From an uncultured Planctomycetales bacterium (lineage in GTDB: Bacteria; Planctomycetota; Planctomycetia; Pirellulales; S012-138), in assembly GCA_937982665.1 (NCBI GenBank), contig CALJLD010000085.1, positions 8,301 to 72,300 on the forward strand: a DNA stretch of 64,000 nucleotides, read 5' to 3'. This document shows positions 19,417 to 29,693 of this stretch, in pieces. Each line of letters starts with the position of its first letter. Within the stretch, counting starts at the first letter, position 1. The translations under genes were made by a program, and so were the position numbers. Under the pieces are notes generated by a model. The model made no database searches. It had not been told where the DNA came from and worked only from the letters and a program-made list of their open reading frames with translations.

Positions 19417-22400
19417 CTAAGCCTCATACTCTTTGGTCCACTTCTCGAGTTGGCCCATCAGTTGTTCCAACGAGAGCGGCGACCATGACTCATCGTCATT
19501 GTGGTCTAAGCGGTTTTCGCGAACGCGCGCGTCGACGCGCTCCAACTCTCCGGCCAGGTCCAGCAACCAATCGGGATGGTCGAGCCCCACGCCGGTCGGT
19601 TCGGCAGCCAGATCATCCACAGCAGCTTCCAGCGCTGTTGCCGCCATGCCGTCCTGCTTTGCCTGGCGAAGCTCGCGCACGGCCGGCTCGATCAAGGCCA
19701 GAGCCTTGCTTACCCGCAGCGGTCGCACGAATCGCTCCTCCAAGAGATCGCGAACGGTACGAAGTCGCATCCCGTGCTTGCTGACGAGTTTTTCGTACTG
19801 CTCCAGGTAGTGGTCCGCAGCGGAAGCGGTTTGTTCGGCAACGCCCTGCGTCCATAAGTCGGCCGCATCGTGCTCGCCTTGGCGTACAAGCACATCATGG
19901 GCAATCACAAGCGGCGAGAGATTCCAATTGATCCGCTCGTAGCCAGCTTTCAACCTTAGCAAGTCAAGGAAGCTATCGAGTTGATCCCCGCGGTCCGATT
20001 GCGTCGTCGTGTAGTTGTAGTCCTTGTATTCAACGGCATTCTCCAGGATCGCCTGGACAATCACCTGCAGCCATGTTGCCGCCACTTGGAGCGAAATCGT
20101 CTCGTCCTCAATGTCTTTGACCAGTTGGTCATCGTCATCGAGGTTGCCCTCAATCCAGTTGCTGAGGTAGTCCTCAGTTCCTTGATGAAGAATGGCCCGC
20201 AGGTTCCCTTCGTTGAAGAACCGCGGAACAAACAGCTCACGTCCGTACTTATGGACAAACTTGACGAGTTCCTTCCACGGCCGCTCTTCCAGGAAAGTCT
20301 CGGCAACGGACAATCGCAAAGATGCGCTGTGCGCCAGCCATGGCCCAAGCAGCCTCTCCGCCAGGGAATTGAGTGATTCCAGCAGATCGGATTCGTTCAG
20401 TTTGTCTCCACCGTTGTGGACCGCGCGGATTGTGCATTCCACCAGTGCCGCAAACGCAATCCGAAACAGCCGATCGAACTCGCTGACGGCATGTTGACCT
20501 TGCGGATGGGTGACTTCCATCAGCCGCGCCGTTTCGATCAGCCGACAAGCCTCATAGACAAGCCCCCAACGCGGCAGCAACTTGGCGAAGTCAATCAGCA
20601 AAGCCTGAAGAGCTCTTGCGTTGACAATCTTCCAAGGGCTTCCACCACGCACGGATGGGACATAGAGCAATGGTTCATTCGCCAATTCATCAAGCAGCGA
20701 TGCCACGGCGCCCCCGGCGCTTGAGTCGGCAGCGTGTTGACCGGCTTCACGCCAGGCCGTGACCGCAGTTTCCTCCCATGAAAACGTGGCTTCGCACTCT
20801 TCTGGGTGCTGAGTTTCACTCGCAGCGGGTGGACATAGAGCCTGGAGTCGAAGCAAGGCTGAGACAATCGAGACGCTTGTCTCAATCGTTGATTCCAGCA
20901 ATGACTCGCGGACGCGCTGCTTGCGATCAAACTCCAACAACGCGTCGGACTCGCAGCGTGGCGACTTGATATCGCGATGGTGCAGCTCGCCCAACAATCG
21001 GTGCAGTCCCACACGCTGCCGATGCAATTGTTTGCACCAGTCGGCCAGGCGGTCACCGCCGGCAACTTTGGAAAAGCCAGGGTGATCGGCGGCCATGGTC
21101 CACAGGTCTGCGCACGTTTTGAAGAAAGCTAACCGACGGCCAATCCGCTTCGCTTCCTCTTCCCACTCAAATTGAGTTTCTTGTTCCTCGTGCGGATCAA
21201 AGATGGCCCCTTCTCTACCGTCGTCGGTCGAATCTATGTACGAAACGTCTTCGTAGGCCGCGGCGAACATATCATCTTCTTCGTCGTCCGCTTCATCCAG
21301 GTCGTCGAAGTATTCCTGAGGATCGTCAGTGTTGAATGACTTCCAGCCGAATTCCGGAACGCGGGCATGGTCGTCCGCGTTCGCGTCCAGGTATTCAAGG
21401 AACTTGACTGCTCGCTGGCAGCACGGCTTTGGTGCCCCCTGATCTTGAGCGGGTGAATCTTCGCCGCTGGATTCATCATCGTCGGATTCGTTGTTACCAG
21501 AATCGTTGTCGCCAGCATCGTTTTCACCAGTGCCGCGAGTTTCAGCGGCGCTTGCTTGAACGGTCAGCGCGGTTTGCATCCAACGGCGAGCCAGTCGATG
21601 AAACGAATACTCGCCCTGTTTGAGCGTGACGGCATCGCCACGGGAAAGCCAATGCATGAGCAGGCTTTGACTGGCATCCAGGTCACCTTGCTGCAACAAA
21701 GAATCCACAACCATCGCGTAGGCTTTGGCCGAGTTGAACCCGTCGATCCTGGCCGCCCAGAAAGCGGTGTCGCCAGCGGAAGCGCCGGCTCGATGCCAAT
21801 CGTCCAGGGAGCCCGCGACGTGCTGTGCGCTGCGTGCTGCGTCGGATCCGGAAAACCCTCCAACGTCGCTCACTTCGGCGCTGGCGAATTGATCCCACCA
21901 GGTCGCCAGTTCGCCCATTTGTTGATGGATCTCTTGCCGCAACGGTTCGTCTCCGACCGCCGCCGCAACGCCTTCCAACCGCCCCCACAACCCAAACATC
22001 GCTTCAACAGTGTGCACAAGTTGGTGGATGCGATGATCGCGGACGGTGTTTTCCATTGCTGGGAATAAGCTGAACTGGCCTGCAAATCCCAGGATCGACC
22101 AGGGATCTACGATGGCGCCACACTCAATCCCGCGGTGAAGCAATTCCAGCGCGGCTTTGGCATGCTGGTGAGCCGACTCGTGCTGGCCGCGTATCACCTG
22201 CAATTGCCCACTGGAAAGATGACAATCTATTTCGCATTGAATCCGTGCCGAAGCGACGTGCACTGCCACTGATTGGCGGTTGCTCGCTTCGAAGAAACCC
22301 ATCCGTGCGTACAGCCTCGCCAGAAAGACCTGCTGCTGTTGTTGTGCGCGAAGGCGAGCCAACCGCTGGTTGAGCTCCTGCCGAATGGCTCCGAATGGTT

Positions 22401-23505
22401 GCCGGCGAACTTTGGCTTCTTCCCGGAGTTTGTCCCCGTGCGGGGCCCCCGTTCGCCTCAGGAGTTCCGCATAGAACTCATCACGATAGGTCGCGATACG
22501 CGAAACAAGCGTCGCCAATGTAACGTTGGAATCGTGCGAGTCCGGCCCAGCACCACTGACGCCAGCAGCCATCAGTAAGACACACGCAAGAACTGCCGCG
22601 GACTCCGTCAGGCGATACTCGTCAACCGTTCCGTCATCCATCACGGCGACATTGAGCGTGCGCAGGGTCACATCCGTCAGCACAAACCGCCGGTACCACC
22701 CGCTGTTGTCAATCAGGTGGGGATCCCACTGGCCAAACTGATAGTTCAAGCGTTTGTTCGCCGGATGGTCGAAATCATAAGCCCGACCATCGAAGGCAAG
22801 CTCATCCAGCCGCTCCAGTGAGAATTCCGCCACTTCGCAGATTGCCGGTTCCGTCTCCTGCAGGATCTGCAGTGCGCGCGCTACGATCTCCGCATGGGGT
22901 CCGGGCGCAACTCCCGCGCCGCGAACATACAGCGGAATTGGGCGAGTCCATTCGCGCGAATAAGGCTCCATCCGTCGCGAATCATTCAAAACAGCAACAG
23001 GCCGGTGTCCGACGAAATCCCCGAGTCTGCGCAACGCACCGTCGATGATGCGGTCCGGTTCGTCCCATGGGCTTCCTTGTTCGAGAACCGCCTCGAAGGC
23101 ACGGCCAACAAAGAACCCGTTGAATTGTTCGACCTCTGGCAAATGGCTCAGCAGGTCCCGGTGGAATTCGCGATACGCAGGCAGCAGCCTGGCCAGGGTC
23201 AAATCAAGAACAGCGGTGGCCTGCTCGCAGTCTTGGTAGACGGCTTCTTTCCCGGCTGGCGGCGACGTTTGTAACTCACCAAGCCGTTTTTGGAGCAACT
23301 CATGGATTCGGCTCCACGCATTCGAATCCGGCTGGTTGCCCGCCTCGGAATCTCCGTCGACTGCCCAGTCATGCAACTGTGCCAAACGACGTAGAAACCC
23401 CGGATCGCTCTTGCCGGCGGAGAAGTTGAGATATCCCAGCACCTCTCGCGAAATCTCAGCCAGATCGCCGGAATTCCAGCGCACGATTGAGATCTCGTCG
23501 GTCAT
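19417..23505 (-). CDS. very large uncharacterized protein (1362 aa) with internal acidic low-complexity tract
   Basis: Single uninterrupted ORF with coding-like composition throughout. A D/E/S/N-rich ~120-aa segment lies mid-protein. I recognised no catalytic motif. Confidence 0.6.
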   Translation of the reverse strand: MTDEISIVRWNSGDLAEISREVLGYLNFSAGKSDPGFLRRLAQLHDWAVDGDSEAGNQPDSNAWSRIHELLQKRLGELQTSPPAGKEAVYQDCEQATAVLDLTLARLLPAYREFHRDLLSHLPEVEQFNGFFVGRAFEAVLEQGSPWDEPDRIIDGALRRLGDFVGHRPVAVLNDSRRMEPYSREWTRPIPLYVRGAGVAPGPHAEIVARALQILQETEPAICEVAEFSLERLDELAFDGRAYDFDHPANKRLNYQFGQWDPHLIDNSGWYRRFVLTDVTLRTLNVAVMDDGTVDEYRLTESAAVLACVLLMAAGVSGAGPDSHDSNVTLATLVSRIATYRDEFYAELLRRTGAPHGDKLREEAKVRRQPFGAIRQELNQRLARLRAQQQQQVFLARLYARMGFFEASNRQSVAVHVASARIQCEIDCHLSSGQLQVIRGQHESAHQHAKAALELLHRGIECGAIVDPWSILGFAGQFSLFPAMENTVRDHRIHQLVHTVEAMFGLWGRLEGVAAAVGDEPLRQEIHQQMGELATWWDQFASAEVSDVGGFSGSDAARSAQHVAGSLDDWHRAGASAGDTAFWAARIDGFNSAKAYAMVVDSLLQQGDLDASQSLLMHWLSRGDAVTLKQGEYSFHRLARRWMQTALTVQASAAETRGTGENDAGDNDSGNNESDDDESSGEDSPAQDQGAPKPCCQRAVKFLEYLDANADDHARVPEFGWKSFNTDDPQEYFDDLDEADDEEDDMFAAAYEDVSYIDSTDDGREGAIFDPHEEQETQFEWEEEAKRIGRRLAFFKTCADLWTMAADHPGFSKVAGGDRLADWCKQLHRQRVGLHRLLGELHHRDIKSPRCESDALLEFDRKQRVRESLLESTIETSVSIVSALLRLQALCPPAASETQHPEECEATFSWEETAVTAWREAGQHAADSSAGGAVASLLDELANEPLLYVPSVRGGSPWKIVNARALQALLIDFAKLLPRWGLVYEACRLIETARLMEVTHPQGQHAVSEFDRLFRIAFAALVECTIRAVHNGGDKLNESDLLESLNSLAERLLGPWLAHSASLRLSVAETFLEERPWKELVKFVHKYGRELFVPRFFNEGNLRAILHQGTEDYLSNWIEGNLDDDDQLVKDIEDETISLQVAATWLQVIVQAILENAVEYKDYNYTTTQSDRGDQLDSFLDLLRLKAGYERINWNLSPLVIAHDVLVRQGEHDAADLWTQGVAEQTASAADHYLEQYEKLVSKHGMRLRTVRDLLEERFVRPLRVSKALALIEPAVRELRQAKQDGMAATALEAAVDDLAAEPTGVGLDHPDWLLDLAGELERVDARVRENRLDHNDDESWSPLSLEQLMGQLEKWTKEYEA

Positions 23506-23807
23506 CGTAAGCCAAGACAGGGCTGGGAAATGCGGCGTTATCGTGGAAACGGCTCATCCTAGACTTCTGTCTGGGGTTGGTCTAGGCGGGGCAACATCCA
23601 CCAGCGCGGACATTTTTGCGGGCCGCCAACAATCGGAAGGGGTTGCTTGCCGGCCGAATTCGCCACATTCAAGCCGCGAATTTTCGTGAGTAGGCCGATT
23701 GGGCGGATTAGAATACGCAGTGAGTTTGTACAAGTATCCGTGTTCGTCCGTGCGCAAAACGTACGGTCTGCATGTCTGATTGCCTTTGTCCCCACCCCTA
23801 GACCGCA

Positions 23808-25145
23808 ATGAAGCGCCAATCTCAGATTGCCCTGTTGTTTGCAGTTTTTGCCTTTGCCATGTCCGCTGCCCTGTGCCAGGCACAAGTCCGTGGAAACGGC
23901 CTTATTTCCCGCTCTATGGCGCGAAGTTTGGGCTTGGAGAGGTCTTGGTTTGCGCAAATTGACCTGGATCCTTCCCGCGATCGTGTGGAAGCGGTGGTGA
24001 TCTACCAACCAGGCAGCTTGCAGGACTCTGTTGCCCATGACGATGTTGGATTGGCCGAAGGCGCACAAGGCGTAGAGCAAGGCGTAGTGTCTGTGGACGA
24101 TACGACCGAGGTTGTTCAAGGCGAAGCCGCCGCAACGCCCACGGAAGATGCGGCACTCAATCGCGCAACGGTTTACGTTCTCACACGACAAAGCGTTCTG
24201 CACTCGGTTGATGCGGAGACTGGTCGTACAAATTGGGTGCGAGTTGTCGGCAATCCCAAGCGTCCTGTCGAAGCGCCCGTCGCCAACCGCCAATACGTCG
24301 CGATGGTCAACGGATCGGACCTGTTCGTCATGGATCGCGGGACAGGCGAAACCTTGTGGCAGGTTCGTTTGCATAGCGCCCCTGTTGCCCCGTTGGCGAT
24401 TGGCGCCAAGTGGGTCTATGTCCCGGGAGCTGATGGGGCAATGACCGCATTCAATATTGATAATCCCGAAGAGAAGTGGGGCTATGCATCGGGAGCGCCC
24501 GTCGAGTTCTCTCCAGTGGTCACTAACGAAACGGTCTCATGGCAAACACGCTATGGCCGCCTCTTCATCGCGGACAAGGTCTCCACGCGAGTGACTCGAC
24601 GATTTGATGGAACCGACGTGGCCGCCACCCGGCCCGTTTATTGGCCACCTTACATCTACGTTGCAACTCGCAACGGCTATGTCAGCGCCGTGCACGAGCG
24701 CAACGGGCTTGCCATCTGGCGATTCGCTTCTGGTTCGACCATCTACGAACCGCCAGTCGCCGTCGAAGACAGTCTGTTTGTCGTCACAAGCCAAGGTGGG
24801 CTCTTCTCGCTCAATTCCGCCGGAGCCCAAAACTGGTATCGTGCCGGCATTACTCAGTTTGTCGCTGCCAGCCCCGGCCGCGTGTATGGCATCGATTCCA
24901 TCAACCAGCTTGTCGCCTTGGATCGAACGACAGGTCTGCCCGTTGGCGCAATCTCGCTGGTGGATCAGCAGATCCGCTTATGCAATCAGGTCAATGATCG
25001 GATCTATGTTTGCACTGAGAAAGGGCTGCTGCATTGCTTGCACGAAATCGGCCAAGAGGAGCCAGCCATCCACATGCCGCCAGCCCCAGAATCGGCTGAT
25101 GGCGTAGATGACGCTGCCGCTGGCAACGCTGGAGTTGATGGCTAG
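23808..25145 (+). CDS. PQQ-like beta-propeller repeat protein (BamB-like), secreted
   Basis: Signal peptide and repeated xG(T/R)G..LW(R/Q)..(tLW) blades (VDAETGRTNWV, MDRGTGETLWQV, ERNGLAIWRF). Confidence 0.75.
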   Translation: MKRQSQIALLFAVFAFAMSAALCQAQVRGNGLISRSMARSLGLERSWFAQIDLDPSRDRVEAVVIYQPGSLQDSVAHDDVGLAEGAQGVEQGVVSVDDTTEVVQGEAAATPTEDAALNRATVYVLTRQSVLHSVDAETGRTNWVRVVGNPKRPVEAPVANRQYVAMVNGSDLFVMDRGTGETLWQVRLHSAPVAPLAIGAKWVYVPGADGAMTAFNIDNPEEKWGYASGAPVEFSPVVTNETVSWQTRYGRLFIADKVSTRVTRRFDGTDVAATRPVYWPPYIYVATRNGYVSAVHERNGLAIWRFASGSTIYEPPVAVEDSLFVVTSQGGLFSLNSAGAQNWYRAGITQFVAASPGRVYGIDSINQLVALDRTTGLPVGAISLVDQQIRLCNQVNDRIYVCTEKGLLHCLHEIGQEEPAIHMPPAPESADGVDDAAAGNAGVDG

Positions 25146-25699
25146 CACAATCCACAGTTGGCCTCAGAGATGCCGATCTGGCCGCCAGGGCATTCGCAAC
25201 CATTGAGATGGCGCGAATTTCGCGTAAATCCAATGAAGTGCGCGGGTTTAGGCCTTTCCCCTGGATCAAGTGCTTGAGTAGATTGGATACGAGAGATCGC
25301 GAATTGCTGGGAATGCGGTAACCAAGGGCTGGTACCTCTCAGCAAGTCGGCTGCGGCAACCTGAGATCATCCTTCGCAGCTTGCGGAGTTGGCGGGATCT
25401 CAAAGGGACGGCCTTCGGTGTGAATCCGAAAGCCGGCAAACCTGGCGGGCAGCATGGCCTCGACGGATTGTGGTTACCGGCCTGGTTCGGGAATGGAAAT
25501 CTTGAAGAACAGGGCCTGCTTGCGTGACCTTGCGCGGTCGCGGATTCCACGGCGAACCATGCGGTCAATTCGTGCGTCATAAGGTAGCTGGTCAAAGTAT
25601 GGCTTCTTTGCCGAAGATATTCTTCGCAAGAAGCCTAAATGGCCACACAAGTTACAGTCAAAAGGCGAACCAGACTCTGGGACGTCGCAAACGTTTAAG

Positions 25700-27817
25700 T
25701 TGAAGATCATGAACCTGGCGAACGTTCGAAACATCGGTATTTCCGCTCACATCGACTCCGGCAAGACGACCTTGTCCGAGCGGATCTTGTTCTATGCGGG
25801 TCGCATTCATCGCGTGCAGGAAGTTCGCGGCGAAGGCGCCACCATGGATCACATGGAACTGGAGAAAGAGCGCGGAATCACCATCACCAGCGCCGCCACC
25901 AGCGTTCAGTGGAAAAACCACGCGATCAACCTGATCGACACACCGGGCCACGTTGACTTCACGGTCGAAGTCGAGCGCTCGCTCCGCGTTCTTGATGGCG
26001 CTGTGCTTGTCCTATGTTCCGTAGGCGGCGTGCAGGCTCAGTCACTGACCATTGATCGGCAAATGCGGAGATATGGCGTGCCGCGCTTGGCGTTCATCAA
26101 CAAGATGGACCGCACCGGTGCCAATCCGGAGAAGGTCACCGGCCAACTCAAAGACAAGTTGGGCTGTGACGCCATTGCCATGCAAATTGCCATCGGCAAA
26201 GAAGCCAACTTTGAGGGAGTTGTCGATCTCATCACGATGAAAGCCATCTATTTTGATGGCGATCACGGCGAAAAAATTCGCGAAGAATCGATTCCGTCTG
26301 ACCTGCAAGCCACGGCGGATGCCGCCCGCAGCCAGATGCTCGAGGCGCTCGCGATGTACTCTGACGAACTCATGGAGCTGCTGCTCTCGGAAGAGACTCC
26401 CAGCGAAGATCTGATTCGAGCCGTCGTGCGCGACGCCACGGTCAGTCAGCAGATTACGCCCGTCTTCATGGGCACGGCCTATCGCAATAAAGGCGTGCAA
26501 CTGTTGCTGGACGCCATTAACTCGTATCTGCCATCTCCGCCCGAGTGCGAGATCTCTGCCTTCGTGCATGAGAACGTCAAGTCGGACGACGAATCCGCTA
26601 TCGGCGCGAAGATGGAGCTGAAGCCGGAGCCGCAGTTACCGTTGGTGTTGATGGCCTTCAAAATCGTTGAAGACCCGTTCGGCACGCTGACATTCATTCG
26701 GCTCTATCAAGGCACCTTGAGCAAAGGCCAAACCGTTTACAACCAACGGACTGGCCAAAAGCAGCGTGTCGCGCGAATTGTCCGCATGCACGCGGACGAA
26801 CGCGAAGAAATCGACAAAGCATCTGCTGGCGATATCGTCGCCGTGCAAGGCATCGATTGCGCAAGCGGCGACACGTACGCGGACAAGTATCCGTACTGCA
26901 CGTTGGAAAACATGCACGTGCCGGAACCTGTCATCAAGATGGCAGTTGCTCCCATGGGGCGCGACGGAGCGGACCGCTTGAGCAAAGCTCTCCAACGATT
27001 CCGTCGTGAGGACCCCACGTTTGTGGTTTCCACAGATGAAGAAACTGGCGAGACACTGATCGCCGGCATGGGCGAATTGCACCTCGACGTTTACCTGGAA
27101 CGCATCCGCCGCGAATACAAGACGCAAGTTGAGGTCGGTGCGCCGAAGGTCAACTATCGCGAAGCGCCAACTCAGAAGGCAACATTTGACGTCCGCCACA
27201 AGAAGCAGTCCGGCGGCTCGGGTCAGTTTGCGCACATCATCGGCTATATGGAGCCGCTTCCCGATGACGCGGAAGAAACCTTCCTCTTTGAAGAAACCGT
27301 TGTCGGCGGGCGAATTCCCAAGCAATACATTCCGGCCGTGGAGAAGGGCTTCCGCGAACTCTGCACCAAAGGTCCCATCGCCGGGTATCCGGTTGTTGGC
27401 CTCAAAGTTGTGTTAGAGGACGGTTCCTATCATGAAGTCGATAGCTCTGACATGGCATTCATGACCTGTGCCAAGACGTGCATGCGCGAGAACTTCTCGC
27501 GTACAAAACCAGCCCTCTTGGAACCGGTGATGAAGCTCGAAGTCGAGGCTCCCGTTGATTTCCAGGGTTCAATCACCGGCGATCTGATTTCGCGCCGTGG
27601 AATGATTGTCGCCACGCACCATGAAGGCGGCACCGCCCGAATCGAAGGCGAGGTCCCGCTGGCTGAGACCTTTGGTTATTCCACGGATCTGCGGAGCATG
27701 ACGCAGGGCCAAGGCACGTTTTCCATGGAGTTTGGCAGCTATAAGAAGGTGCCGCACTCCTTGGCGGAAGAAATCATTGCGGACCGCAAGAAGACTGCAG
27801 TCGCCGGCGCAGTTTGA
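25700..27817 (+). CDS. fusA: elongation factor G (paralog outside str operon)
   Basis: G1 to G5 motifs (AHIDSGKTT, DTPGH, NKMD), and domains II to V conserved. No rpsL/rpsG/tuf neighbours. Confidence 0.9.
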   Translation: MKIMNLANVRNIGISAHIDSGKTTLSERILFYAGRIHRVQEVRGEGATMDHMELEKERGITITSAATSVQWKNHAINLIDTPGHVDFTVEVERSLRVLDGAVLVLCSVGGVQAQSLTIDRQMRRYGVPRLAFINKMDRTGANPEKVTGQLKDKLGCDAIAMQIAIGKEANFEGVVDLITMKAIYFDGDHGEKIREESIPSDLQATADAARSQMLEALAMYSDELMELLLSEETPSEDLIRAVVRDATVSQQITPVFMGTAYRNKGVQLLLDAINSYLPSPPECEISAFVHENVKSDDESAIGAKMELKPEPQLPLVLMAFKIVEDPFGTLTFIRLYQGTLSKGQTVYNQRTGQKQRVARIVRMHADEREEIDKASAGDIVAVQGIDCASGDTYADKYPYCTLENMHVPEPVIKMAVAPMGRDGADRLSKALQRFRREDPTFVVSTDEETGETLIAGMGELHLDVYLERIRREYKTQVEVGAPKVNYREAPTQKATFDVRHKKQSGGSGQFAHIIGYMEPLPDDAEETFLFEETVVGGRIPKQYIPAVEKGFRELCTKGPIAGYPVVGLKVVLEDGSYHEVDSSDMAFMTCAKTCMRENFSRTKPALLEPVMKLEVEAPVDFQGSITGDLISRRGMIVATHHEGGTARIEGEVPLAETFGYSTDLRSMTQGQGTFSMEFGSYKKVPHSLAEEIIADRKKTAVAGAV

Positions 27818-27854
27818 TTTCTGTTGCGATAGCTGGTAGGCAAAGCGTACAACC

Positions 27855-28247
27855 TTGGATCGCACACTTCATCGTGGCGAAAAACATCCGCAAACAGGAG
27901 TACGCAACGTGTTGCTAGTCACCTCGGAATCCATCGCTGGCTATGAAGTTACCCAAGTGATGGGCCTGGTCCACGGTAACTCCGTACGAGCCAAACATGT
28001 GGGCCGCGATTTCATGGCCGGGCTCAAGCAAATCGTTGGCGGCGAGCTGCGCGGTTACACGGAACTGCTGAGCGAGGCCCGCCGTGAAGCGATCGCCCGG
28101 ATGGTTCAAGAAGCCGAACGCTTGGGTGCCAACGCCATTATTTCGATGCGATTCAACACCAGCTCTATCATGGCATCAGCAGCCGAGCTGTTTGCCTTCG
28201 GCACGGCTGTGGTTGTGCAGCCCACGTCACAGTCGACCGCCGAGTAA
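27855..28247 (+). CDS. ybjQ: YbjQ/UPF0145 family protein
   Basis: LLVTSESIAGYEVTQVMGLVHGNSVRA...GANAIISMRF matches the DUF74/YbjQ fold. The true start is likely a few codons inside the ORF (GTG/TTG). Confidence 0.7.
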   Translation: MDRTLHRGEKHPQTGVRNVLLVTSESIAGYEVTQVMGLVHGNSVRAKHVGRDFMAGLKQIVGGELRGYTELLSEARREAIARMVQEAERLGANAIISMRFNTSSIMASAAELFAFGTAVVVQPTSQSTAE

Positions 28248-28277
28248 CACCAAAAGCTGGCCTGCTTTTGCGGACCA

Positions 28278-29009
28278 ATGGAAAGCACACGTTTCAGCGT
28301 CCAACTAGACGCCTATTCCGGCCCCTTGGATCTCCTGCTTTACCTGGTGCGAAAGCATGAGTTGGAGGTCACCGCGCTCTCGTTGGCTACCATCGCGGAC
28401 CAATTTGTTGCGCACATTGATGCAATCGAGTCGATAGACCTGAACTCCGTCGGCGATTTTCTGGATGTTGCCGGAACGCTCACGGAAATGAAGTCCCGGC
28501 TTGTACTCCCTCGTGCCGAGGCGGAAGACACGATCGAAGCCGAGCAGGAAGATCTGATTCAACGATTGCTGGAATACAAACGCTTCAAAGACGCGGCCAC
28601 CACTTTGGATGAGCGCGCGTCCGCCTGGCGAAGGCGATTTCCACGTTTGGCGCGAGATGCCGCCCCCAAGAAGCCGGACCTGGAGGATCGCCCGGTTCGC
28701 GAGTTGGAAGTTTGGGACCTGGTGTCAGCTTTCGCCAGGGTGATTCGCGAGCATTCGGCCGTCCAGCCGACAAACATCGTCTATGACGAGACGCCGGTCT
28801 CCGTATACATGGAACAGATCCATGAACGAGTGACCAGGGAATCGCGACTTGCCTTCTCTGAGCTCTTTCCGCCTGACGCGATCAAATCATCGCTTGTTGG
28901 TCTGTTCCTGGCGATGATGGAACTCACCCGACAGCGAAAGTTGCTGGTCCGCCAAAACGATCTCTTCACGGAGATTTGGCTGGAGCCGGCCGATGGGAAC
29001 GAACCGTAA
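28278..29009 (+). CDS. scpA: segregation and condensation protein A
   Basis: LDAYSGPLDLLLYLVRKHELEVTALSLATIADQF is the ScpA N-terminal signature; 243 aa. Confidence 0.85.
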   Translation: MESTRFSVQLDAYSGPLDLLLYLVRKHELEVTALSLATIADQFVAHIDAIESIDLNSVGDFLDVAGTLTEMKSRLVLPRAEAEDTIEAEQEDLIQRLLEYKRFKDAATTLDERASAWRRRFPRLARDAAPKKPDLEDRPVRELEVWDLVSAFARVIREHSAVQPTNIVYDETPVSVYMEQIHERVTRESRLAFSELFPPDAIKSSLVGLFLAMMELTRQRKLLVRQNDLFTEIWLEPADGNEP

Positions 29010-29159
29010 CGATCTGGAAATCGATCGTTGTCCCGTTCTTCCTTCTTCGCGCCCGCAACTTCACGGCAGATTGCCTTTTGCTTTGGCGGCCCAGCCCCTA
29101 TCATTCGGCCTGCGTCCCTTGTTTTGCAGGCCCTTCTCCCCGGAATTCTAGACATTGCC

Positions 29160-29687
29160 ATGGCCGAAGATGTCAATCTCCGCGAGTTCATTCGCGATAT
29201 TCCCGACTTCCCACAGCCGGGCATTCTGTTTCGAGACATCACACCTTTGCTGCTTTCGCCTGATGCGTTTCGTGCGGCGATTCGCCAGTTGGCCGCAAAC
29301 TACCAGGGAGAGAAAATCGACGCGGTAGCCGCGGCAGAAGCCCGCGGGTTCATCTTTGCCGCCCCGTTGGCGCTGGAATTGAACGTGAGCTTTGTCCCGG
29401 TCCGCAAGCCTGGCAAGCTGCCCTTCAATACGCACGCGTTTCATTACGAACTCGAATACGGCACGGACTCGCTGGAAATCCACATAGATGGTCTCACCGC
29501 AGGCCAACGCGTCCTGGTCGTGGATGATCTGCTCGCAACCGGCGGCACAGTCGAAGCGTGTTGCCAGTTGGTCGAAAAATGCGGAGCCGAAGTGATGGGG
29601 ACGGCATTCTTGATCGCGTTGAACGCCCTCGGCGGCGCGAAACGCCTGGAGAATTACAATCCGTTCAGCCTGATCGAATACGAGTAA
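29160..29687 (+). CDS. apt: adenine phosphoribosyltransferase
   Basis: FPQPGILFRDITPLL plus the PRPP-binding loop VLVVDDLLATGGT. The internal ATG at 29160 gives the canonical ~175-aa size. Confidence 0.85.
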   Translation: MAEDVNLREFIRDIPDFPQPGILFRDITPLLLSPDAFRAAIRQLAANYQGEKIDAVAAAEARGFIFAAPLALELNVSFVPVRKPGKLPFNTHAFHYELEYGTDSLEIHIDGLTAGQRVLVVDDLLATGGTVEACCQLVEKCGAEVMGTAFLIALNALGGAKRLENYNPFSLIEYE

Positions 29688-29693
29688 GACTCG

